Origin: Candidatus Bathyarchaeia archaeon
Lineage (GTDB): Archaea > Thermoproteota > Bathyarchaeia > Bathyarchaeales > Bathycorpusculaceae
NCBI GenBank assembly: GCA_038727135.1
Contig: JAVYWL010000002.1
Span: 96,001 to 160,000, forward strand
DNA length: 64,000 nt
Direction of reading: 5' to 3'
Made by a program: the position numbers and the translations under genes. Below, piece after piece: positions 9,785 to 19,293 of the stretch; positions within the stretch are counted from its first letter, which is position 1; each line of letters starts with the position of its first letter. The notes beneath the pieces were generated by a model. The model had not been told where the DNA came from and did no database searches. It saw nothing but the letters and a program-made list of their open reading frames with translations.

Positions 9785-10000
9785 TTGAACAGCCAAATCC
9801 TTCAGGCGTGCAAGGAATTAATTGACGACGCAAAAATGAGATGCGCCGACCTTGTTTTTAAGGAAATATGCCTAGACATTCTGTCGAGGGCACGCAACAT
9901 TTTAACAGAAAAACAATTTAAGGTACTGGCTACATATGCCGCTGAAAGGATGAGAGAAAAAGTTCCTTTTGAAATCCAACAGGAATTAGTAGCCCCATAA
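9785..10000 (+). CDS. Small helical hypothetical protein
   Basis: TTG start after SD-like GGGTGG; 71 aa ORF filling the gap between neighbours. Confidence 0.65.
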   Translation: MNSQILQACKELIDDAKMRCADLVFKEICLDILSRARNILTEKQFKVLATYAAERMREKVPFEIQQELVAP

Positions 10001-10077
10001 TTAAGAGCTTCTTCAAAATATTGGCAAAAACTGGCGTTAACGCCTAAATCCTTCCAATTCCACCCTGCGAAGCATTT

Positions 10078-10566
10078 TCAACCAAGCTTGTACCCTATTT
10101 TCCGCAGAAACTCCTTCCTAGCCTTGATATCGCTTTCTGTCTCTATCCCCCTACTTTTAAAGCCGTCAATGACGCCTATGATGCCTCTGCCCTGTTCCGT
10201 TTCTGCAACTACCACCTCTAAGGGATTGGCCGTAGCGGCATAGATTGTGCAGACTTCCGGCACCTTTTTAATCTTGTCTAAAACGTTTATTGGATAGGCG
10301 TTTTTAATGAAGATTATGAAACTGTGGCCGCAAGCAAGTTCAAAGGCTTTATTGGCGGCAAGCTGCCTCAATTCCTCGTCGTTTCCCTCGTATCTGACAA
10401 GGCATGGTCCAGAGCTTTCGCAGAAGCCTATCCCAAACTTTATGTTTGGAACAGCATTAACCAAAGCCTCATACAAATCTTCAACAGTTTTTATGAAGTG
10501 GGCTGTTCCCAAAATCACGTTGCATTCTTTTGGCACCTCAATCTTCACAATTTCAAGCCTAAGCAT
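10078..10566 (-). CDS. Adenosine-specific kinase / DUF355 family protein
   Basis: [46 protein letters not shown]. Confidence 0.88.
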   Translation of the reverse strand: MLRLEIVKIEVPKECNVILGTAHFIKTVEDLYEALVNAVPNIKFGIGFCESSGPCLVRYEGNDEELRQLAANKAFELACGHSFIIFIKNAYPINVLDKIKKVPEVCTIYAATANPLEVVVAETEQGRGIIGVIDGFKSRGIETESDIKARKEFLRKIGYKLG

Positions 10567-10592
10567 GCCAGTTTCAGCCTCCCTTTCCGGTT

Positions 10593-11893
10593 TTATGTTA
10601 CGCGTTTAGTCTTCAAGAATTTTGTGGCGAAAATCACAGTGCCAGCCGCTACTATAGCTGATGATAGGTAAAAGGCGTTTATGAAAGCTGTGCGTTCCCG
10701 TAAACCTAACACTTTAGTTTGGATGTCTGCAAAGGGTCCACCTATAAGGATTCCTGCTGGCCCCCAGCTTAAGGCAATAACTGCATTGTAACGGCTTAAA
10801 AGTCTCCCCCTCTTATGTTCTGGAGTTAGGTCTCCCGCTAAAGCGAAGCCCACTGTTTGAATGCTCCAAAGAGCCACACCGTTTAATCCATAAATAAAAG
10901 CCATGATGAAAACATTAAACGCCAAACCATACAATATAGGGGTGACAACCGCCAAAATCAGCCCGAAGAGTATCACTTTATCTCTGCCAATTTTGTCTGC
11001 AAGTCTTCCGGATATGGCACTTGCAATCATGCCCCCGACAGTCCAAGCACTAATTATTAGGCTCATTTCATGGTCGCTTGCGTTTAAGCCGTCTTGAAGC
11101 TTTATGAAGAGATAGAATATCTGGTTTATTGAGGCTGCGCCCAAAACGATGATTATTAGGATGCCAAAAACCACTTGTACGCCCTTTCATTTCCCATAAG
11201 AATTTTCCCCGGCTCACATTTTGTCGCCGACTCTTCTTGTGTAGGTTTCACGCCTTCCTTGCCTATGCTTTTTGAAACAAAAGTCATTATGGCTACCCCA
11301 GTGAACAATAGTATGGTTACAATCCAGAAGAGCGTCCCTCTTCTGAAGCCCTCGCCACCAGCGTAAAGGAAGCCAGCAAATATTATCCCAACCATTCTTC
11401 CCAGAGAGGCGATGAAGTTTAGTGAACCAACAATTTTGCCACGGGAACTTGGAGTGGTGATGTCCGTTAGAAGCACGGCCCAGCCTACATCGGACATGGA
11501 CCAGAAAAACTCTAAAATCGCCAGTCCAAAAATCATTGTCAATCCAGCGTCGAAACTTCTTCCAACGTCTATTAAAAATCTGTGAATGAAAAACACGATT
11601 ATGTAAGTGAAGCCTGCTATGCTTTCCCCAATTATAATAAGCTTGGTTCTAATTTTAAAATGGTCACATATCCTCCCCCAAAGGAGGTTTTGGCCCAGAG
11701 CGGAGGCAATCATGTCAAAAGTTCCCAGAACCGCCGTCGAAGTAACAGTTTGCATGAGTGTGTAAAGGTAGTTTATCATAAAAGTGTAGAATATTCCCCT
11801 TCGAAGAAAGGTTAGAAATTGGAAAATGCCCAAATTAACTAAAATTTTTGTGAAAAGCGTCAAATTTGAAGCTTTCTCACAGCTTTCTTTCAT
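10593..11893 (-). pseudogene. MFS transporter split by one frameshift (track ORFs 11156-11893 and 10593-11174)
   Basis: N-half has WGRICD, C-half has GRLADKIGR. The halves overlap by 19 nt in different frames; one extra base near 11159-11170 joins them into a single 12-TM protein. Confidence 0.8.
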
Positions 11894-11918
11894 CGAAACC
11901 GCTTTTTACCGCAAGGCT

Positions 11919-13022
11919 CTAGATAAGGAATTTTCCATTTTTGTAGATTAATTGTCCGTCGACGTAGATTTCGCCATCCTTTTTCATGTCCTTTAATATG
12001 TCCCAGTGAATCGCCGACTTGTTAAGACCACCCGACTCGGGATATGAGTTCCCAAGAGCCAAATGTACTGTGCCACCCATTTTCTCGTCGAAGAGCATGT
12101 TTTTAGTGAACCTTGATATGGCGTAGTTTGTTCCTATGGCTATTTCCCCAATGCGCCGTGCGCCATCAATCTTCAACATTTCTTGCAGAAGCTCATTTCC
12201 CTTTGCAGCGGAAGCCTTAACAACCTCACCATCCTTAAAGGTGAGCGTTATATCCTCAACCTCCCTGCCTGAAACTATGCCTGGAAAAGTAAATCTTATT
12301 GTGCCGTTTGCAGAGTTCTCAATCGGTGCCGTGAAAACTTCGCCGTCCGGCATGTTCTCCTTTCCAGCGCAGTTTATCCACCTTCTCCCCTTAACATTGA
12401 AGGTTAGGTCCGTGTCCTCCCCAACTATGCGCACCTCATTTCCGCTGTTCAGAAATGTGCAGATCCTCTCTTGTTCTTGGTGAACTCTTTTCCATTCCGC
12501 AATGGGGTCTTCTTTGTCGGCGAAACAGCTGGCATAGACAAAGTCTTCATACTCAGCAAGCGACATGGAAGCCTCTTGGGCCTGGGCATTTATCGGGTAT
12601 GGCAGAAGGGTCCACCGCAACTTTTTCTCCGCAACACGTCTGTAGAAAATTTCTGACAACTCTCTTCTCGCCGCTGCATGTAGTCTTATCCGCGCTGGAT
12701 CTATGTTTGTCAACCTTTTGGGGTTTGGCTCACAGTAAACGTTTATGTTCACGTCGACATTTTCAGCTATAAACTTTTCAATTGGTGAAACATAGCTAAG
12801 CTGCTTTTCGTTAGCATATTTAAAGAAAGTGTACTGCAAGTCGAGTCTCGGAATAACCATTGGATGCGCTCCAACCAACAAGCATTCCTTATAAATCTCG
12901 TTTATCAACGGGAAAGCCTCGCTGCTTCCCTGTATCAAAACTAATTCTCCAGGTTTCACTTCAACACTGTAATGAACGCAGATTTTTGCAAGCTTCTCTA
13001 TTCTTGGGTCCACCATTTTCAA
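11919..13022 (-). CDS. Aminopeptidase, M29 (AmpS/AmpT) family
   Basis: NMPDGEVFTAP, GEIAIG, LFDEKMGGTVHLALG.SY, NKSAIHWD. Confidence 0.93.
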   Translation of the reverse strand: MKMVDPRIEKLAKICVHYSVEVKPGELVLIQGSSEAFPLINEIYKECLLVGAHPMVIPRLDLQYTFFKYANEKQLSYVSPIEKFIAENVDVNINVYCEPNPKRLTNIDPARIRLHAAARRELSEIFYRRVAEKKLRWTLLPYPINAQAQEASMSLAEYEDFVYASCFADKEDPIAEWKRVHQEQERICTFLNSGNEVRIVGEDTDLTFNVKGRRWINCAGKENMPDGEVFTAPIENSANGTIRFTFPGIVSGREVEDITLTFKDGEVVKASAAKGNELLQEMLKIDGARRIGEIAIGTNYAISRFTKNMLFDEKMGGTVHLALGNSYPESGGLNKSAIHWDILKDMKKDGEIYVDGQLIYKNGKFLI

Positions 13023-13092
13023 TTCACCATTTTAGAACTCCAATAAAAGACGGGACTAATGTAAAAGCTTTTTGAGACACGTGCTGGGTTAG

Positions 13093-13470
13093 CTACGCCT
13101 TCTTCTTTATTAGAAGCCAGTTTTTGTCTCCCTTAAACATTATTAGGGCGTAGTCGCCCTTCAGCTTCTCGCCGTGCAATGTGAACTCTATTTTGTTGGT
13201 GCCTCTGCTTTTCAGCGTGTATGTGCCCTTGTCCCATATTTCCACTTTTCCAGCGCCGTACATTCCCTCTGGTATTGTGCCCTCAAAGTCTATGTAGCTT
13301 AGCGGGTGATCCTCAACCATTACGGCTAGCCTTCTAATGCCGGGTTGCACTGGCGGCTCTTTAGGAACAGCCCAGCTTTTTAGAACGCCGTCCATTTCCA
13401 GCCTAAAATCGTAATGCAAATGCGTTGCGTGATGACGTTGAACCACAAATCTTGGCATAACCCTCGCCAA
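13093..13470 (-). CDS. Stand-alone LigD-type DNA 3'-phosphoesterase
   Basis: [52 protein letters not shown]. Confidence 0.92.
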   Translation of the reverse strand: MARVMPRFVVQRHHATHLHYDFRLEMDGVLKSWAVPKEPPVQPGIRRLAVMVEDHPLSYIDFEGTIPEGMYGAGKVEIWDKGTYTLKSRGTNKIEFTLHGEKLKGDYALIMFKGDKNWLLIKKKA

Positions 13471-13523
13471 ACCGTTAACTTTACCTCACATAAGTAATTA
13501 ACCTTAATTCTGGAGAAGCACGA

Positions 13524-14015
13524 TTGAGCGAATCCGCAATTGTTAGGAGGCTTGTGGAGTTTCCATACTTGCCAAGTCCAGCATCCGTTATTGATGCAGC
13601 CCTAAACATGGTTGAAGTTAAACCAGACGAGGTTTTTGCAGACCTAGGATGCGGAGACGGTTCCGTGCTAATAAAGGCTGCCAAAAAATTCGGAGTTTAC
13701 TGTGTAGGATTTGAAGTCAACCCAGCACTGGTTAAGCTTGCCCACAAAAAGGCGGAAATTGCTGGAGTTAAACATTTAATTGATGTTGTTTGCTCGGACT
13801 TGTTCACCATCGACTTTTCAAGGCTTAATGTGATCTACGTTTACCCATTTCCACCAATAATTCCAAAGCTTTCAGAAAAGATAATGAACGAAGGCAAAAG
13901 GGGCACAAGGGTGCTAGTCCACGACCACAGCCTACATGGACTTCAACCAGCAAAAAGCATTGAAATATTTGAAAGGGGAATCCATGTTCATTCCGTTCAA
14001 CTCTATGTCCTCTAA
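13524..14015 (+). CDS. Class I SAM-dependent methyltransferase (FAM173/aKMT-like)
   Basis: PYLPSP N-terminus, DLGCGDG motif I, GFE, VIYVY. Confidence 0.8.
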   Translation: MSESAIVRRLVEFPYLPSPASVIDAALNMVEVKPDEVFADLGCGDGSVLIKAAKKFGVYCVGFEVNPALVKLAHKKAEIAGVKHLIDVVCSDLFTIDFSRLNVIYVYPFPPIIPKLSEKIMNEGKRGTRVLVHDHSLHGLQPAKSIEIFERGIHVHSVQLYVL

Positions 14016-14109
14016 ATTTTAAAATGTGGATTTTGAATATAGATTTGCGATTCATAAGTTAGTTAAATATGCTAAGCCTATTTTGTTGCGTGAACTGGGA
14101 GGAAATAGC

Positions 14110-14292
14110 TTGAAGAGAGATTTAACCCCTAAACAAAGAAGGGAAATAAAAGCTAAAATGGCTAAGGCCCTCAAAGATAATATTAAGGGACTCTCTACAG
14201 ATTTTCAAAAAATATTGATAGATGACTTGGTTACCGCGTTTCAAAATAGAATAAACGTGTTAATGCGAGTACAAGCGAAAAGGAGCTATTAA
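14110..14292 (+). CDS. Small basic hypothetical protein (60 aa)
   Basis: TTG start after GGAGG SD; helical, Lys/Arg-rich. Confidence 0.65.
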   Translation: MKRDLTPKQRREIKAKMAKALKDNIKGLSTDFQKILIDDLVTAFQNRINVLMRVQAKRSY

Positions 14293-14375
14293 TGGAGACT
14301 AAATAGGCAGAAGACGTAGTTTGAATCCATAAAAGCTTTATATAAAATTTGGGGAAAATATGGCAAGAGGTTTGG

Positions 14376-14672
14376 ATGATGAGGCGCTCCAAGCTTGAGA
14401 TGTATATCGACATCCTTAAGGTGCTGGCGCACCGTGGCCCACTGAAGCTAACGCATATTATGTATAAGGCTAATGTAAACTGCAGCGTCTTGAAAGAGTA
14501 TCTGGACTTTCTGATGAAGCAGAACCTTGTTGAAGAGAGAACCATTGGCAAGCGCAGGGTTGTTTACGCTATAACCCAGAGGGGCATAACTGTTCTCAAG
14601 CATTTCAAAGAGCTTAAGCAGGTTTTGCCAATAGTTGAAGAGGCCAGGAATAAGGCTCCAATACCATACTAG
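14376..14672 (+). CDS. Winged helix-turn-helix protein (archaeal RRSKLE-type)
   Basis: RRSKLEMYIDIL, THIMYKANVN, YAITQRG pattern. Confidence 0.85.
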   Translation: MMRRSKLEMYIDILKVLAHRGPLKLTHIMYKANVNCSVLKEYLDFLMKQNLVEERTIGKRRVVYAITQRGITVLKHFKELKQVLPIVEEARNKAPIPY

Positions 14673-14824
14673 TTGGTTTTATCTTTTAGCCAAAAATTTT
14701 CTGTATATTTTAATTTTGTTAGCTTTAAATCTGTTTGCCGTTTTTGATTTTGTAGGTTTACATCTGTTTGTGAATCATTATGAGTGTTTCGTAAGACTTA
14801 ATAAACTCTTTCCCCAACTACCAC

Positions 14825-15235
14825 ATGTACACACGTAAAACAAATGGGGAAACAACAGTGTCCAGCCAAGAAGTTCTCGGAAAGAAGCCCCTACAAATCC
14901 TAGAGAAGATAAAGGAAAACCTCGAAAAACTAAACGAGAAAATGGAAATAATGATTGAACTGCAGAAACATGGAAGAAGGGACATACAAACAATTCCCCA
15001 AGAAGCTCCATTAGACGTCATGACGCTCTTATCTATGCCAGACCACTTGAGAAAGACGGCCATGACCGTCTGTAGGCTTGGGCGGGCAACAGCCGACGAG
15101 GTTGCCCAGCAAACTCGCAGGGCGAGAGCGGTGGAGAGCGCCTATCTGAACCAGCTCGTTATTATGGGTTATCTTAAGAAGGAGCGGAGGGGTCGGAAGG
15201 CCTACTTTTATGTGGAGAAGGAGAGTCAGGGGTGA
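14825..15235 (+). CDS. Coiled-coil + C-terminal wHTH transcriptional regulator
   Basis: ATADEVAQQTRRARAVESAYLNQLV.MGYLKKER.G; GTGA overlap with the downstream ATPase. Confidence 0.8.
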   Translation: MYTRKTNGETTVSSQEVLGKKPLQILEKIKENLEKLNEKMEIMIELQKHGRRDIQTIPQEAPLDVMTLLSMPDHLRKTAMTVCRLGRATADEVAQQTRRARAVESAYLNQLVIMGYLKKERRGRKAYFYVEKESQG

Positions 15236-16014
15236 AAGCCTTGGGCAAGATTGTGGCAATCCACTCCTACAAGGGTGGCACCGGGAAAACCCTCCTCTCG
15301 ATTAATTTGGCTGTCACTTTGGCTAAGCAAGGCAAGAAAGTGTGCCTCTTGGACTTGGATTTCAGGGCGCCAAGCCTCGCCACCCTTTTGCACATAGAAA
15401 AGGTTGATTATTGGCTTAATGACTACCTTAACGGAGTTTGCGAAATAGAAAAAGTCCTAATTGACCTAAGCGAAAGAATAGCTGATCAAGGGAAATTTTT
15501 TGTCGGCTTAGCCAACCCCTCAGTGGAAGCCATTAGGGATATGTCCTCAAAAGATAGGAAGTGGGAGATGAGGGCTCTTGGAAGACTGCTCTCCCTCAGA
15601 AACTCGCTTTTAAGTGCCAAGGGCTTCGACTACATAATTTTTGACACTAGCCCAGGCTTGCAGTACTCCTCAATAAACGCCATTGTAAGCGCTGACGTTG
15701 TCATAGTGGCATCAACCCTTGACAATTCAGATGTTGAGGGAACAAAGAGGATGCTACGGGAACTCTACGACTTGTTTGAAAAGAAAACAGAAATTGTTCT
15801 AAACAAAATTTTGTATGATGATTCTCTAAGGTCTGGAAAAGAAAAGTTGCAAGCCTTTGTTAAGGAAACCTACCAAGTTCCGCTTTTGGGGGTTGTTCCA
15901 TGTTTCTGCGACATTTCAAGGGCTGAGGGGAAAATAATTTTTGTTCATGAAAAGCCGGATCACCCCTTTACAAGGATTTTAGGCGAAATAGCCGCCAAAA
16001 TAGATAAGATGTAA
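15232..16014 (+). CDS. MinD/ParA family ATPase
   Basis: Deviant Walker A KGGTGKT, DLD, DYIIFDTSPG, LNK. Confidence 0.9.
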   Translation: MKALGKIVAIHSYKGGTGKTLLSINLAVTLAKQGKKVCLLDLDFRAPSLATLLHIEKVDYWLNDYLNGVCEIEKVLIDLSERIADQGKFFVGLANPSVEAIRDMSSKDRKWEMRALGRLLSLRNSLLSAKGFDYIIFDTSPGLQYSSINAIVSADVVIVASTLDNSDVEGTKRMLRELYDLFEKKTEIVLNKILYDDSLRSGKEKLQAFVKETYQVPLLGVVPCFCDISRAEGKIIFVHEKPDHPFTRILGEIAAKIDKM

Positions 16015-16015
16015 G

Positions 16016-16135
16016 CTACTGTGCTACAATCTTATTCACAAGCTGGTACACTCGGCAATTTTTGCATTTTTCGTATTCCTTCTCGCTGCACTGCCTACAA
16101 ATTATCCTATTTAGCTCTTTGATTTCAGAGTTCAT
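16016..16135 (-). CDS. Putative Cys4 zinc-binding micro-protein (39 aa), not in ORF track
   Basis: Hand translation MNSEIKELNRIICRQCSEKEYEKCKNCRVYQLVNKIVAQ; CxxC-x7-CxxC; stop codon abuts the MinD stop. Confidence 0.6.
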   Translation of the reverse strand: MNSEIKELNRIICRQCSEKEYEKCKNCRVYQLVNKIVAQ

Positions 16136-16282
16136 CGCCGCAACCTTTCCAATAAAATTCGGGGCAGCTATATGTATAGCCTATATTCCATCTTCGAAAT
16201 ATTTCAAAGCTATCAAATGGAAAAAGCTTATAGAAGCCCGAAACACTTTCATACGCAAAACTGTCAAGGAAAGCATAAACCA

Positions 16283-16897
16283 TTGGACAATTCGGCAATA
16301 GTGCTGGCTGGAGGTGCCTCCAAAAGATTCGGCTACGATAAGGGATTAGCCCTGCTGGCGGGCAAGCCCCTAATAATGCATGTTTTAGACGCTTTGGAAA
16401 ACATTGTTGATAAGAAAATTGTGGTTGTAAGCTCGAAAGAGCAAGCCGAGAAAATGGAAAAAGCCCTAAAGTCAGATGTCAAAATAGCCATAGACCAAAG
16501 CGAGCTTCAAAGCCCTCTTGTTGGCGCACTAACGGGCTTCAAAGAGGCAATTAGCGAGTATGCGCTTTTGCTTCCATGCGACACACCACTGGTTTCGAGG
16601 GAAATTCTAGCGCTTATATTAGAACTTTGCGTGGGCAAGAATGCGGTTATTCCCCGCTGGCCAAACGGTTACATAGAGCCTTTACATGCAGCTTACCGTG
16701 TTCAGCCAGCCTTAGAGGCCTCTGAAATCGCTTTGAAAGAGGGAAAGTTGGACTTGCGTTCCATGGTTGAGAGGTTGCGGAACATACGTTATGTTTCAAC
16801 TCTCGTCTTTCAGCAGTTTGACCCCCAGCTTAAAATGTTCTTTAATGTTAACACGCCTTTGGATTTGAAAAAGGCTGAGTTGATGCTTAGGGGCTAA
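16283..16897 (+). CDS. mobA: Molybdenum cofactor guanylyltransferase
   Basis: VLAGGASKRFG.DK, PLVG, PCDTP, EPLHAAY, FFNVNTP; start moved to TTG at 16283. Confidence 0.9.
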   Translation: MDNSAIVLAGGASKRFGYDKGLALLAGKPLIMHVLDALENIVDKKIVVVSSKEQAEKMEKALKSDVKIAIDQSELQSPLVGALTGFKEAISEYALLLPCDTPLVSREILALILELCVGKNAVIPRWPNGYIEPLHAAYRVQPALEASEIALKEGKLDLRSMVERLRNIRYVSTLVFQQFDPQLKMFFNVNTPLDLKKAELMLRG

Positions 16898-18189
16898 ATT
16901 TTGCCAATGGTTTTAGTGTAGTCCTCTGTTGCTTGGAAAAGCTTTTCAATGTCGGCGTCTGTGTGGGCTGCACTTATTGAACCGAAATGTGTTGGAAGGA
17001 AGAACACTCCTCTAGCGATTAGGTTTAGGTGGTATTCTGCAAGCCTCTTTCTATCTGCTTCAAAGGCATCTCTGGCATTCTTAACCTGCTTTCTTGTGAA
17101 GTGTGTATTGAGCATGGAACCGGCGCCAGTAGCTTGGACATCTACGCCTTTAGCCTCAAATATTTCCCTCAAAGTTTCTCTGACTTTTTCGCCAATTCTG
17201 TTCAGCCTTGAAATGATGCTTCCATCTTCAAGGGCTTTAAGTACTGCCAGTCCAGCTGCCATTGTGATTGGGTTTGCACAGAATGTTCCGCCGTGAAATG
17301 AGAAGTTGGGTCGTTCATAGACAAGCGGGTTGAGGCGCTCCATGATCTCACGTTTTCCGCAGAAGGCGCCAACCGGGAAGCCTCCGCCCAGTATTTTTCC
17401 GAGGACCGTTATGTCTGGCATAACGCCGTAATATTGTTGCGCCCCTCCAGGCGCAAGCCTAAAACCTGTGATAACTTCATCATAGATTAGGAGAATACCC
17501 TTTTCATTGCAGAGTTCCCTCAAACCTTTGAGGAATTCTTTTTCAGCTGGGATGCTCCCGCCAGCGCCTAAAACCGGCTCAACTATAATTGCTGCTACCG
17601 GCTCTTTCTGGGCTTTTGCCTCCACGTCTTCAAGGTTGTTGAAAACCGCTAGTATCGTGTCTTGCGTTGCACCAGCCGTCAATCCGGCGGATTCTGGGAT
17701 GTGGAAGGGGTATTTTACGCCTATGTGGAGGGCGTCGTATCCTCCATGCCATCCGCCCTCAAACTTTATTATTTTGCTCCTGCCAGTGTAGGCTCTTGCC
17801 AAGCGTATGGCATACATGTTAGCCTCTGTCCCAGAATTAGTGAAGCGCACCATCTCAGCGCTGGGCACCATCTTCACAACTTGCTCGGCAAGTGCCACCT
17901 CCAGCTCATGCGATGTCCCATAATGGGTGCCGTTTTCCAACTGCCTCCTAACAGCCTCCGCAACCACCGGTGGACTGTGACCAAGTATGTGGGTGCCGTG
18001 CCCCATCCAAAAGTCAACATACTCGTTCCCATCAACATCGTAAAGCTTGCTCCCCTTTGCTCTTACAGTATAAAATGGGTATGGCTCAAAAAAGCGAATC
18101 CCATAAGAAACTCCCGCCGGCAAAACATTTTTGGCCCGCTCATACAAAGCCTTAGACTTTGCAGTCTTCGCGACATAAATTTCCAACAT
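16894..18189 (-). CDS. hemL: Glutamate-1-semialdehyde aminomutase-like class III aminotransferase
   Basis: DVDGNEYVD, RFTNSGTEA, KFEGGWHG, YDEVITGFR, GKILGGGFP, HGGTF..NP. True HemL activity is not certain. Confidence 0.75.
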   Translation of the reverse strand: MLEIYVAKTAKSKALYERAKNVLPAGVSYGIRFFEPYPFYTVRAKGSKLYDVDGNEYVDFWMGHGTHILGHSPPVVAEAVRRQLENGTHYGTSHELEVALAEQVVKMVPSAEMVRFTNSGTEANMYAIRLARAYTGRSKIIKFEGGWHGGYDALHIGVKYPFHIPESAGLTAGATQDTILAVFNNLEDVEAKAQKEPVAAIIVEPVLGAGGSIPAEKEFLKGLRELCNEKGILLIYDEVITGFRLAPGGAQQYYGVMPDITVLGKILGGGFPVGAFCGKREIMERLNPLVYERPNFSFHGGTFCANPITMAAGLAVLKALEDGSIISRLNRIGEKVRETLREIFEAKGVDVQATGAGSMLNTHFTRKQVKNARDAFEADRKRLAEYHLNLIARGVFFLPTHFGSISAAHTDADIEKLFQATEDYTKTIGKI

Positions 18190-18467
18190 TACGAGACCCC
18201 TTTATAATGCTATCAAATTTTGAATAAGGCCCTTATTATAGTTTCCATCACCTTCTAGAATTGTCATAGAAAATTTTTTAAATAATCAGAAAAAGTCGCT
18301 ATTTTTTTATTCTTTTATGTCATTTTTTCAATAGAAATTTCCCTAAAATGATACAATAATGATAATCTTCTGAATCTCAAGTTTAAGAAACGTAAAAATT
18401 TAGTTAAATTTGCTTATTTTTAATCTTCAAAAAATTAAGAAGTGCGAAAATGCTGTTAAAAATCATG

Positions 18468-18740
18468 TTAGCCAATTATCTCAACGGTTGTTCCAAGGGC
18501 TTGTCCGGGTAAGCCCTTTCTGAATCTTGCTCTAACCAAGCCCTTCTTTCCATGCAAAGCCACAATTTTACCTATAATCTTGCTGTTTTTGCTTGTTTTC
18601 CAGGCAACTTTCCGCCCGATAAGTCTGCTGGCTTCTGAAACGTTTTTTGCGTGGGGGAAATGAATTATGCACTCTTTTGACCTCTGGGTTTTTGGTCCAA
18701 CCCTATAATTGACAATGATTCCTTTGATGGGACTTGTCAA
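18468..18740 (-). CDS. rpl35ae: 50S ribosomal protein L35Ae
   Basis: LIGRKVAW, GKIVALHGKKGLVRARFRKGLPGQALG. Confidence 0.93.
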   Translation of the reverse strand: MTSPIKGIIVNYRVGPKTQRSKECIIHFPHAKNVSEASRLIGRKVAWKTSKNSKIIGKIVALHGKKGLVRARFRKGLPGQALGTTVEIIG

Positions 18741-18809
18741 GGCTGGACTCCCCCTTTAAGATTTTTGAAAAGTTATGTCAAAATTTTAAATTTGTTTCGC
18801 TCCTTAGCC

Positions 18810-19229
18810 TTACAAATGAAAGTTTCCTCTGTCGCGTTTTAGTATGCGCACCTTTTCTGGGATTTTGTCCGCTTCCCAATCCGCCCACTTTATCTCTCTG
18901 AAAACCCATTTTTTTCCTAAATGAGCCGCAACAACGGCGTGCTTATACTCTCTATCCAGTGGTATAAGCTCGTCGAGGAATCTGAAGAGTTTCTCTATCT
19001 GCTGTTTTGGGAAATATGCATAATAGCCAGCATTTTTAACTTCAAAGGCATAAACATGTAGATCTTTTCTGGCTACAACGTCTGGCAGCGGATTAAGGCT
19101 TGGGTTGCTGACCGGTATGCGAACAGCATTATAACCATTTTTCTGCAAAAGTTTGACAAGAACGTTTTCGCTGTAAAAGCCTCTTTTGCGCCATCTCCGA
19201 ATAGCCTCTTTATCGATTTCCCTAACCAT
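18810..19229 (-). CDS. Hjc/Hje-like Holliday junction resolvase (PD-(D/E)xK nuclease)
   Basis: G...E..LV..L...GY.AVR.P.S, PDVVA, FEVK, Q.EKL..F. Confidence 0.78.
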   Translation of the reverse strand: MVREIDKEAIRRWRKRGFYSENVLVKLLQKNGYNAVRIPVSNPSLNPLPDVVARKDLHVYAFEVKNAGYYAYFPKQQIEKLFRFLDELIPLDREYKHAVVAAHLGKKWVFREIKWADWEADKIPEKVRILKRDRGNFHL

Positions 19230-19293
19230 CAGCAGCTTCACTTCAAACAACAAAATATGATATAGGATGGGATTAAAGCTGTTTCCCTAAAAG

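Noticed and set aside
11156-11190. BHB intron or canonical -1 slippery site explaining the MFS split
   Set aside because: No BHB fold and no X-XXY-YYZ heptamer; a single-base indel is simpler.
18190-18467. AT-rich 280-bp gap as C/D-box sRNA or origin
   Set aside because: Only degenerate TGATA/CTGA boxes; no terminal stem or ORB-like repeats.
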